DNA of 64,000 nt, from contig MCFH01000016.1 in the NCBI GenBank assembly GCA_002104945.1, positions 310,001 to 374,000 of the forward strand. Direction: 5' to 3'. The translations under genes and the position numbers were made by a program. The notes under the pieces were generated by a model. The model was not told the origin of the DNA. It made no database searches and saw only the letters and a program-made list of their open reading frames with translations. Below, piece by piece: positions 12,722 to 25,486 of this stretch. The stretch is from Piromyces finnis finn. Lineage: Eukaryota > Fungi > Neocallimastigomycota. Position 1 is the first letter of the stretch, and every line of letters begins with the position of its first letter.

Positions 12722-14895
12722 ATGCAAAATTTGAAAAGAGTAAATTATTTGAAAGTCTAATTAACACAAGAAAGAAAGGTATAATTTTTATTTATAGAAT
12801 AGTATTTATGTAAAGAATAATTAACGAATATTAATTAATGTTTTAAAAAAAATAATATATAGATATTGAAAAATATAACAATTTTAATTTAAAGGATGTA
12901 TTTGACGAATCATTTCCTCATGACATTCATTTCTTAATTAAAACAGTTCATAAATATAAGGGCTTAATAAAGGCAATAAAAAATAAAAAGGAAAAAAAAG
13001 GTTTAACATTAAGTAGGGAAGATAGTTCAAAATATTTATATAAAGTTCTAATTGTTTATTTACCTGTAATCAAAGAAAGATTAGTTAAAAATTATTTTAT
13101 TGAAAAAGAAAAAGTAAGAAAAATTCAAAAAAAAGTTAAGAGAGAAAAGGAAAAGAAATTGGCTAATTTCTTTGGTGAAAATCCAAGTGTTGATCCAATT
13201 AAAAAGCAAATATTTTCAATTACTATGAATTTAAATATTAAGGATTCAGCATTAAGTAATTCCAAATTATTAATTGATGAATCATTAATTTATAATGATG
13301 ATGATGCGGAATCTTCTAATGAAAGATTAAAAAGTACAAGTCAAATTATCTATGACGATTCTAGTTCTGAATATGAAAGCTCCCAATACCTTTCTTCCGA
13401 AGACTTTTTAACATTCAAAAAATATGTAAATTCTGAATTGAAGGATGAAGAAAATGATGTTGTTGATAGTCAAGAAATAAGAAATAGTAACTTTTTCACA
13501 ATGAAAAAGAAAGCTGATAAACTTCAACATTTCTTTGGTGACAAAATACAAATCAGTCAATTAAATGAGCAACAGGCACTTCAGAATGAAATTGGTGAAA
13601 ATACTTTAAATGCAATGAAATTCCATCAAACAAGCGGTTCAGTTGATTATCTTTCTAATATTAATAATTTATTTAATAATAAAGGAACTGTGAAATTTGG
13701 AAGAAGATCACAATCAATTGATAATTTACCGAAAACCGAAAATTTAATGGATAATTCTCAAAGAAAAATGATGGCAAAAAGAACAAATAAAATTAATTCA
13801 ATATTAGGAACTGTAATCAACGAAAAACTGACGGGAAGTGTAATAGAATCTGCTAATACATCAAATTCAAGAAAAGACCCAAACGAAGGAAGTTGTATTT
13901 TAAATAAATCAGTGTCATTTGTTGAAAATGCCTCAAATGATAGTAAAAGTCTAGATACTGATACTGAAGAAATGAGTTCTGAAAATGATTCAGATATAAA
14001 TTCAAGTAAAGGTAATATGATACAAATAAGAAGAATGAAGAAGCTGCATCAATTATTTGGAGAAAGAATAAATATGGAAACATTAATTAAACTTCAAATT
14101 AAAAAAAATGAAATCGAAAAGAAAAATAAAATTGAAAAGGGAATATTTACTGAATATGAAAGAAAAGATATTAGAAATAGATGTAAAAAATTGGAAGATA
14201 TATTTGGTACCGTTCCACCAACATTACTAGTTAATATAAATGCAAAGAATGCCGATTGTAATGCTTTTGTTAAACATAGAAATTCTATTATATCTTTATC
14301 AATGATGTTTACATATGATAAAGAAGTAGCTGATGTTATGGATATTATCTCAATAGATGGTGTAGATGGTGATGAGGGAAGTTTGACATCACAAATAAAT
14401 GAAGATAATTTAAATTCTAAGGAAGTGAACAAAACAAAATTAAAAAAATTAAGAAAATTCTTTGGAGATGATGCAGATCCTGCAAGCATCATTAATTCAA
14501 TAATTATATCTGACATAAGAAAATCGATAGATACAGATATCACCGATAAAGAACAGAAGAAACAACTAAATAAGGAATTAAATATTATTTGGGAAGATAT
14601 TCAAGAAAAGAGTAAACATTTTATGGAAACTATAACAGAAGATGATACAATTAAAATAAGTGATAATAATAATGAAAAATCAGACAACTTTTTAAAATCT
14701 ACTACTCAATCATTGAAAAAGTACACATCATTTGATTTAGGAAAATCAAAGAAGAAATCTAATATAAGTTCATATCAAATTAAAAACCTTTGTAATGAAG
14801 ATTTATATTCAGATAGCGAGGGTGAAAGTGATCAATATGATTCTAAATGGAGAGATTATGTTGTTGAATGGTTAAAAACTAATCATAAAATATAA
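12722..14895 (+). CDS. Hypothetical protein with six KLxx(F/L)FG-like motifs
   Basis: Stop-free frame from about 12895 (acceptor AG|GAT GTA) to TAA at 14895, covering the 578-aa ORF. The start at 12722 (MQNLKR|GTAAAT) is tentative. Confidence 0.75.
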
Positions 14896-15448
14896 AAATA
14901 TGTTGTTAAAATTTTATACATTAAAGTTTTAACTACTCATAATTTTAAATATTAAATAAAAAAAGTATAATTATTATACTCTTTATTATTTTATCATTTA
15001 TACATTTATATATAATATATATATTTTGAATAAAAAATATTATAATAAAAATTTTCTTTTTTTATTACATATATAATAAAAAATTTAAGTTTTTCACTTT
15101 TTATTTATTAATTTATTTTTTTATATTCTAAAGTATTTTATGTAAGTATATACATTATTGAATAAAAAACATATCAAAATATATAATTTTTTATATAATA
15201 CATTATATGAATTATTTAAATAATTCTAAAATATGATAATTTTTAAATAAAATTAAAGAAGAAAATATAATATAAAATCATATATACATATATATTTATA
15301 TATTATTTTACTTTAAAAAAAAACTACAAAAATATACTTATTTGATTAGAAATATAAAAATAAAATCAAGATAATAACATTTAAATTTGTATTTATATAA
15401 ATTATAATATATTTAAATTAATATATTACATTTACTGTAATCAATTAT

Positions 15449-17752
15449 TTACTGTATTATATTATTATGTGAATTAACAATTTCAATTACAGTATAAGGA
15501 TAGTTATTTATCATGTATGAATTATTGTTGTTGTTATTAATATTAATATTATTATTATTTATATTAGTATTATTATTAGTATTATTATTACTACTATTAC
15601 TATTATTGTTTATATTAGTATTATTACTATCATTATTATCGTTGTTGTTATTATTATTATTAATATTATTATTATTATTATTATTGTTGTTGTTGTTGTT
15701 ATTATTATTATTATAGTCATTATTATTAATATTATTGTTACTATTTATATTATTATTATTATCATTATTATTATTATTTATATTTATATTTGCATTATTA
15801 TTATTATTACTATTATTATTATTTATTCTTTGATTCTCTATTGCTAAATTTAAGTTTCCTGAATTAACAATTCTATTTGAGTTATTAAAATTATTTATAT
15901 TATTTAATGATTCTATTTGATGATAAGATAATGAATAATTATTTGGAATTATTCGTTGATTAGAATAAGATTTTATATCTTCTGAGTTTTGATTTAAAAC
16001 CCTGAATTGTGAATAATAGGCAGGTGATGGAAAATATTTTTGGGGCATTCCATTATTTGTTCTATCATTACTATACCATTGATATTGAATATCATTTGAT
16101 GAAAAATATGATGATGTTGTCTGAGCAGCTGAATAATTCGAATAATGTCCTTCATATTGCGAGCTTTGTGATATATTATGTGAATAATAGTTATTTTGAT
16201 TATAATTATTGAAATTAATAAAATTATTTATTTGTTGTCCATAATTTGGATTCATATTATTGAATTGATCAGTATTAATATTAAAGTATGTTTCTGGATT
16301 TGTTTGTGTAACATCATTTGAATTTGAATATTGATATGTTTGATAATATTGATTTGTAGTGGCAGTCGTAGATGTCATTATTTGAGTTGATGTATTCGGC
16401 AATCTTCTTTGATAATTTTGTGTTAATCTTGATGATGTAACTAATGATGAAGCAGGATAATTAGAATTAGAATAATTATTAGGTGTTGTTATGTAGTTTT
16501 GTTGATTGGGCATTGAATAACCTATACTATTTATTGAGGAATTGGAATTTATAACATTTGAACCAACATAATTTTCAGATAAGAGGCTATTATTACTAAT
16601 GGTATGAATACTTGTCATTGAAGAAGAATTAATATTTACATTTGATGAAGATGCATTATTCGATGTATGAGAAATACTTATAGTATTAGAAGTTGGGGTT
16701 GCAACCAATGTTGAGTTTGATTGTAAAGAAGAAGAAAAATTACAAAAATTCTGATTTTTATTTTTATCTAATGGACTTTGGGTTTGTGATGTAACAGAAT
16801 AATTTTGATTATTACAGTTTGTTATAGTATATATTGATGCACCAGTATCATCAATTTGCAATCCGGCAATATCGGAAAGAGTATTATTATTACTACTATC
16901 TATTAATGTTGCTGTACTGCTATATGATGGAATATATTTTTGGTTTATATTTGATAACTCACTAATATTAGATGAAGAACCAGAATTGGGTATTATTAAT
17001 TTAGATACATTATTAACATTTTGAATTTGTTTCCCTGAACTATTTCCATCTTGTTTTTGTATAATCTTCGAGTCTTTTTTATTTTTATTATTTCTATCAC
17101 CATTATTATTTGATTTAATGCTTGATATTTTCGAAGGATCGACAAGTTTTTTTTCAATCATTTCATCCCAAGTATTTTGAATGATAGTACTTGTAATTAA
17201 AGAAGGATCTTCACCATATTTATTTAATACTGTACTCCATAATAATCTAATTGTTTGTAAATCTTTGGTACATCTTCTAAGTGTTCTACATTGTCTTTCA
17301 CCAAAAGGAAGTATATGAAAACCTTCTAATTGCTAATAATAATGAATTTAAAACAAAATATTTTTGCTTTTTATTAATATCATTTTATTAATAATAAATA
17401 AAATATTAAAATATTGCTAATTATTACATTTAAAACTCGAGATGCATCGACAAATCGATAAACAGAGGCTCTTGAAAGCTTAAAAACTTCTTTAAAATAT
17501 TGTTCCATTGTAGAATGCTTGGCTTTATATAATTTCTTTGAAATAATTTCTTGCATAGCCATAGCTGTTTTTCTAAATCTTTCTTGCTTTTCTTCCCTTT
17601 TAATATTTAAAATTTTCAAAATTAATTTATATTACTGCTACATATATATTATAATATTAATAATATTCTTACCCTCCATGACCTTCTCCTGATCTTATTA
17701 TACTTCTATCAATAACTTGTTCAGCTGAGAATAATGCATTGTTGACGTTCAT
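15449..17752 (-). CDS. Putative DNA-binding protein: prokaryote-like HTH domain plus a long N/S/Q/Y-rich low-complexity tail, about 710 aa, 3 exons
   Basis: Exons 17752-17673, 17596-17428 and 17332-15449 join in frame at GT-AG junctions. N-terminus: ...SIIRSGEGHGGEEKQERFRKTAMAMQEIISKKLYKAKHSTMEQYFKEVFKLSRASVYRFVDASRVLNQLEGFHILPFGERQCRTL...LWSTVL...ITSTIIQNTW. Confidence 0.75.
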
Positions 17753-18649
17753 ATTATATTAATATATTAATATATAACTTATGGATTTATTGATTTATTA
17801 TTTAAATTATTATATATTTATATAAATTAATTTTTCCTAAAATTCTCTATATACAGTTTAACTTAGTAATTATATTCTTTCAATTTATAAATTTTTTAGG
17901 AATCAAAAACTAAAAAAATAAAACCTAGTAATATTTGATTAATATTACACTTTGTTTTAATTTTTATATTATAGAATTAATATCTTATTAAGTTGTTATT
18001 GGTATCTTTCAATTTTATTAGTATAGTTTTAAAAATAATAATAATAATAATAATAATTATTATTCGTTATATCAAAAAATTACAATTTTAAAAGTAATAT
18101 ATATTCTTTTCCATTATTTTTTTATCTATGAAATAAAAATATCAATAAATTAAATGACATACATATATGTCAATATTATACAAATAATAAAGATAGTTTT
18201 TTGTTATATTACAAAATTTTAAATAAAAAATAAATTATAGTAGAAAAAAAAAAGTTATTTGATCATGAATATTAAAAGTTTTACAAATCGAAAATATATT
18301 ATTTATATTTAAAAATAAAAATATTAAATATATATTTAAATTAAAGTGGTATTCATAGTTATAAAATAGATTTCATAAATAAAAAATAGTAAAAATAATA
18401 TAAAATCAGAAACTAAAATATTATTTTTATTCATTTGGTATTTTTAAATTTAAAAATTTTAGATTTTTTTAATTTAGAATGTGCTAATGTTAATTATATT
18501 AAAAGAATTACAATTTATAAAAATAAATATATATTTAATATTACTTTTTATTTCTTTTAGTTATTTTTAAATTTATTTTTCTATTTTTTTTTAATTTTCT
18601 TTTAATATGTATATTAATATATTTCATAACTTGCAAATTATTTGAACTC

Positions 18650-18710
<61 letters not shown>

Positions 18711-19123
18711 GATTTATCTTTACATCATTTAAGTTTCAGATTTAAAAATTAATATCTTTCAATTTCTGTCAATATTAATATAATTAATATAATATTTGGA
18801 AATATTAATTATTATAGTTAATTCTAATAATTTTTTAATAAGGTAATACAATGTATATTTAAATAAGCAAATATAAAATATTTTATAATTAGAAATAATA
18901 TTAATATTAATTACTATAAAAAAAATTGTGAACAAATCTTATTTAAAAAAGGAATTGTTTAAAAACTTTATTAATTTTAATTGAATTTATCTTTCTATAG
19001 TTTTTGGTAATAATAAATTTTATTATTATTTTTTTATTATTTACATGTTAATCATTATTAATTCATTTTAAATATACTTTAAATTGACATTTTTCTATTA
19101 ACACAATTATTTTATTATATTTA

Positions 19124-21452
19124 TTATTCATTCATATTAAGCTTAATAGATAATGTTATTTTTTTTGTCAAATCAAAGTTTTCTTTATCCTCAATATATT
19201 TAGAATCTTTATCAGTCATATTCTTTTTCTTGTCTTTTCCTTTATTTTCTGATTCTTTATTCTTATTTTTATTATTTTTTGGACTAGTATTTTTACCTCT
19301 TTTTTTATCATTAATTTGGTAATTATCAGATCTTTTTAATAGATTTTCATCTACAAGCGGATTTAATATATATTCATTATCTATTATTTTCTAATAATAA
19401 TGAATACCATAGTATATATAATATTAATAAAATTTATAATTAATAAATATAATAATTAATTTTTATCATATTCATACTTCTCCATGAAGAAAGGAATTTA
19501 AAGGAACCTTAATATCATATATTTCTATAGTTTCCATTAATGTTTTTGTGTACATATTTTTTATTTCTATATAAAAGATATATTTTTCATATTAAAAAAT
19601 TTAGTTTTATATTGCATAATATTATATTATTCTAACCATCAATTTCTGCTGATGTTAATTTGCTCGATTTTTTTTTCTTCTGTTTTGAACCGCTTTTTTT
19701 ACTTTCAGTATTGTCATTATTTCCGTCTTCAAAATTCTTTTCATTTTTTATATATGAGTATTTTTTTCTGTTTAATATAAATCTAGCACCAGCTTTATAA
19801 TAAATATGAAATATTAACATATAATTATATTATATCTTGATATATATAATAAATCTTACAATAAAACGAATTTCTTGCTTTAATATCAGCCTTGTGAATA
19901 ATATTAGTATTATAATTGAAATTTACAGATCTATTATCTTCATTCCAAATTTCTTCATTTGTTTCGACATATTCAAAATCATTCAAAATTATTTTTACAC
20001 TAAATACATATCTTTTGTAAAAATAAATAAATATTTTTTCAATATGTAAAATATAGTTAATAAAATTTTTAATTATTATAACTATACTCTGTTGGTCCTT
20101 GACCAGGTTCGAGAATTTCATCATAACAAATTGGAGGTCCATCAATATTAATTACAGATTTTATTGAAATATTTAAACACAAATCTTTATTTGTAAATAA
20201 ATTATTATTTATTATTTATTTTAATAATAATTTAAATTAATATATGTATCTACCTGTTTCATTTTGATATATATTATAAAAATTATTATATTCCTCTTTT
20301 TCTGAAATACTTATTTTTTTTTCATCTAATACAGTTATTGTATCAAATTTTGAAATAATTATTTGTTTATAATGAGGAAGTAAAAAAACGGGATTTCCCT
20401 AATATTTATGATAATAATAATATTAATAATAATAATATAATTATATTTTTTTAATTGTATAATATTTACATACAATAAATGATAATATTTTCAAATTATT
20501 TATTTGGGATAAAACATTTATAATCATAACAATATTTTCAAAATTATTATAGCTTAAGTCTAAAGAAATAATTGTATTAGGAATTATATCATTCATATTT
20601 TTTAATAATGGAGAATAAAATGATGAAATCTTGTTATAGCTTAATCCAATATGAATCAATTTATTAAATCCACTAAAATTTGGCCATTCGGAAATCCTTT
20701 ATATTTATAATTATATTTTGTATATATATAATTTATTTATTTTGAAAATATTAAATTATTAAATAAAGAACAGAATATAAATATATTATTACAAATTTGC
20801 ATTTAGATGTAGCTTTTCAATATTTGTTGGTAGATTTTCAATATTTTTAATATAATTTCCAGTTAAAGATAAATATTTTAGAGATTCAAATTGCTTAAAA
20901 TTTTTATCAATATAAGTTATATTTTTATTGATCAATATTAATGACTTGAAATACTGATAGATTGATAATTTATTTTCAATAGATATATCCACAATACCAA
21001 GATCTAGTATTTTTTGATAGTATTTATATAATATTTTATATTCTTCAATTTCATTACTAAAATCCGGTTTTTCTTCAAAATTTAATAAATATTAATTAGA
21101 ATATACAAATTACTATCAATAATCTATATAAAACTAACAATTCTTATTACTAACGATTTCCATAAAAATCTACAACAGGATCATTAGTTTCTAGTTTTTT
21201 AAGTATATTATCCGAATTACTAACAATAAAATTATTATATATTCGAGGAAATTTTACTTCACTATCACTATTAATATTTTTGCTATCTTTTAATTCTTTT
21301 AGTAATTGCTTTTGTTTTAATGAGGTATTTTTATATGTTCTATTAAATATTTTATTAATCCCAATACTATATAATTGATCCAAAAATGCATTTGAAACTG
21401 ATGTTTTCCGATTATTATATTTTTTTTCAACTAAATCTAAAGAGAAAGCCAT
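19124..21452 (-). CDS. Leucine-rich repeat protein, LRRC43-like (probably flagellar), multi-exon
   Basis: SDS22-type LRRs (LKYLSLTGNYIKNIENLPTNIEKLHLNAN; IHIGLSYNKI; ISLDLSYNNF) and an LRR cap GNPVFLLPHYKQIIISKFDTITVLDEKKIS, resembling the recalled LRRC43 cap [30 protein letters not shown]. Lys-rich C-terminal exons. Confidence 0.65.
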
Positions 21453-21706
21453 GTTATATATAAAATAACATTAAAATGTTTTTTAATATAAATTTTTGTA
21501 TTCATGATTTTATATGGAAAATAAAGATAATTGAATAAAAAAATTAGGTTTATAAAGTTAATTATTAAACAAATTAAAATTTCTAATAATTGAAAATTCT
21601 ATTTTGCAAAGTATTAAAATTTATTTTTAACCAAAAGAATATAAAAACCATAAGAAAAAAACAATTAACAAATATTATCTGAACGTTTGAAGTTAACAGA
21701 GTAATA

Positions 21707-24700
21707 ATGGAAAAAAGGAAAATAAAGTCAAAAACATTAATAGATTTTACAAATAAAAATATATCTCTCCTTGATATTACACAGAAATTAAAAGAAATTA
21801 GTAATGATATTAAAGAAACATCTGTTGAAGTAGAAGTATAATAAATTAGAAATAGCTACATGAACCCTAATATAAATATACAATAATATTAATAATAATA
21901 ATTTATTTTAATATTTTTATCAATATTAAGTCGTATGAAAAACTTTTTAAAAAAAATACAAGATATAGCTATAACACACAAGTTGAAACTAAGTCAGAAT
22001 ATTTAAATGATATTTTTATTCAAATTTCAGGAGCAAATTCTGACGATATATTAAAAATAGCTAAATATGAATTGAGTAAAATTAAGGCAAATCAAAGAAA
22101 AGAACAAGAAATAAGGGTATGTATATTAAAAACTATAACTATTAATTATTTTTATAAATAATAATTATTTATGTTTTCTAGGATGAAAAAAAAGAAAAAT
22201 TTAATAAAGAACTAAGAACAAAAATAAATCAGTGTAAAGAAAAATATGAAATTAAAATGCAAACCAATAGAGGTATAAAAAATATAATTATTAGTTTTAT
22301 ATAATGATAAATTAATATCATCATGATTAATAATAAATAAATTGAAAATAAAAAAAGCTGGACCATCATTTGAAAATTTTCTACATACTACTAATGGAGA
22401 AATTATTTATGTTGATATTATAACTGAATATTTATATTTAATAATTACTTTTCAAGGTATCATAGGTAAATATTATATTAAATAATAATATTCATTAAAA
22501 TATAATTTATATATTATAATTAATATAATAAATTATTATAATAACAGAAATATGGGAAATAGATAAAAAAGAAAACAAAATAACTTCAACATTAAAATAT
22601 ATAGAAAGCATTGATTGTAATGGAATAACAAATGCATGTAAATTAACAGATACAGATATGACAGATTATAAAAGCGTAAACGATGACTTTAAAATTGCTA
22701 ATAAAACTACAAATGGAAAAAATTTCAAGACTAATTACATTAATCAACTTAATGCCCAAAATATTGAAAATGAAACCACTAAAATTTCAAGCATTATTTC
22801 ATATAAAAATAGTATTATATATAATTTAGTATCACTAGCAAGAAATAATGAGACAAATAATAGAAGTAAATATAATAGAACAGGTTTAAAGGTTATAAGT
22901 GAAATCTATATGCTACTAGCACAATATAAATATTATTTTGATTTACAAGAAGAAAAAAAGAAAAAAAATAATTTGAAACTTGTTGATGCATATAAATTAA
23001 ATGCAAGTGAGAATACAATAAATAAATATGATTCCTCTTATTCCGTAAACTATTCAGAACTTATTAATAATGGTTTATCAAGAATTAATAAAAAAGAGTC
23101 AATGTTAGCACTAAATTCAAATGAAACCAAAAATAAAACCTGTATTGAAGATGAAACAGAATTTATATTAAATAAAGTAATAATAAAATTGAAATCTTCC
23201 TTCTTTTTAGGAAATATTAATGGTATTGGTGTAATTTTAAATATAATAATATCAGAAAATATCATTACAGGTGATTATGTTATTAATCACTATATAGGTC
23301 ATCAATATCAATTATCAGTTTTACCGATTCTTTTGTCAGAATATAACTCGAAAGATAATTTATTATCAGTACCTATATATAATGAATTAAAAGAACCTTA
23401 TTTAATGACATGGTCAATGCCAAATTTTAACATAGAATGGATATGCAAACTTTCAACATTATCAGATATTGAGTATAAAATAACAATAACTAATGTAGCA
23501 TCGGACGAGATGATATTTGAAGATAAATTAAAACAATATGTTAAAGTAAAAAATCCATCTCAAAATTTAGGTAACTCTTTTTATTATTTACAAATTATTT
23601 ATTAATTTAATTTATTAATTGAAATATAATTAAGATTATCAAGATATCACAGCAATATCTTTTGATAGGGATAATCTTTCATATGTACTTGCAATGAAAA
23701 AGGGATTGGTTATTGAATTAAAATGGAATGTTAATAATGGAGCAACAACACCAACAAATTCATTAAATGAAGAAAACAATAATTCTGAAACATCAAATTC
23801 ACAAGTAAATGAAAATGAAAATAATGTTGTATTAAATGTAATAGATGAAAACAATAAAAACAGTATAAATATTGAAAATAACAATGATATGGATAACTTA
23901 ACAAAAAAAATATTAACTGCAAAATTATTAATAAAAGTACCAATTTTTAATCTTATATAATAATAAATTATTGAAATTATAAAATATTTAAAGAACAAAA
24001 AATTTTATGATAATTTTTATAGATTGATCCATGTATATCAGATATATTAATTGACAAAACAGAAGAATGTAATTTTTAAAAATTAAAAATAAGAAACTAT
24101 ATTGAAATATATAATAATTAATTATTTTATATATATTTAATAGTTATTAATGGTGATGATATAAATAATGAGAAGTATATAAAAAAACAATCTGATATTG
24201 AAAAATTACAAATTATTGTAAGTACTCAAGGAATATATTTTGAAATTGTAAAGGATTTAAAATTTTTAATTAGATATTATTTTATAGCCTATAAGTATGA
24301 AAATAAATAGATCAAGATTTTCTGAGCCTAAAAAAATTACAGTAGGTTGCTCGGACGGATCATTAAGAATATATAATTATTCCAATGTTATAAATAAATA
24401 TATAGAAGTTTTTCATTATGAAGTTGGTCAAGAAAATATTGAAAATAATAAAACATCTAGTTATGATAAGAATTCTGTTATAAAATTTAAGGACAAAGAA
24501 GAAAAAACTAGAATGTTAAAATGGAAATCAATTAAAAATATTTATAGAAGTAATATTATGGGACTTACTATATCTATTGATAATTTTATTCTTACAATTG
24601 GATATACAAATAATGGTATTTCTATAAAAAAATAAAATATTAAAATATTTTATATAATAATTTAAAAATTGATTATATAAATATTAATTAAATAAATATA

Positions 24701-25070
24701 TATATAAATATTTGTTATCACTTACTTTTTCTTAAAAAAAGATAAAATATATTTTTTTAATTCAAATGATGTAGTTCCTTTTAGATCTTTTAATATCTTA
24801 ATAAATAGAAATGCTTCCAAAGAAATAACAGAATATATTAAAAATTTACCTCAATATTCAGAACTATATAAAAAAAATAAGTTAAATACAAAAACATTTT
24901 CTTTAATTAATACCAAATGTAATATTAGTGAATATTTGCAACGTCATGTTTATTATTTAAATAATTTATCAAAATTTGTAATAAGTAATGGAAATGAATG
25001 GTGTATATTAAATTGTAATGATCTAATTAAAAAATATAAAAATGTAACAAATTATATTAATAAAATATAA
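21707..25070 (+). CDS. Hypothetical multi-exon protein with divergent WD40-like blades
   Basis: In-frame GT-AG joins traced from the ATG at 21707 through 22658-23570, 23636-23950, 24297-24615 and 24742-25070. Blade-like segments are DITAISFDRDNLSYVLAMKKGLVIELKW and ITVGCSDGSLRIYNY. Confidence 0.6.
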
Positions 25071-25486
25071 CATATAAATATAAAAAGGATATTTCAATAA
25101 AAAATAGATGATAAAAAAATATATTACATATAATATTGGAATACTATTTAAATTATTATTGTCACTTTTTTTTTTATTAAATAAATATTATAAAAAACAT
25201 TTATATATCATCATATAAAATATAAATTTTTGTATAAATAAATAAATAAATTTTTTATATATAATCTTTTTTTAATTAGTTTCTTTTATTTTTTAAATAT
25301 ATTATTAAATACTTTTTAAAAATTACTGTATTATTTTAATTAATATTAACAATCTATTAATTTAAATATTTTTTAACATAATTAATAATTAGATACTATA
25401 TTAAAAAATGAATATTGATATATTATTTTTAATGAAAAATATTATTGCCAATAACAAATAATTATATTAATCTGATTTTCATTTTC

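Noticed and set aside
13853-14543. Minus-strand ORFs 13853-14083 and 14094-14543 (similar cases: 156-380, 4507-4719, 23050-23265, 23639-23998, 26586-26846, 30771-31131, 44604-44864, 49113-49388, 50364-50687)
   Set aside because: Shadow ORFs antisense to better-supported coding exons, with hydrophobic composition typical of reverse-complemented AT-rich codons.
15513-15716. Poly-Leu ORF on the plus strand (likewise 54423-54701)
   Set aside because: Antisense or alternative-frame reading of poly-Asn codons or of an intronic (TAT)n repeat.
18652-18710. Long poly-T directly followed by poly-A (also 6931-6970), considered as a terminator hairpin or retroelement tail
   Set aside because: Homopolymer tracts occur throughout this genome; no element body or target-site duplication was seen.
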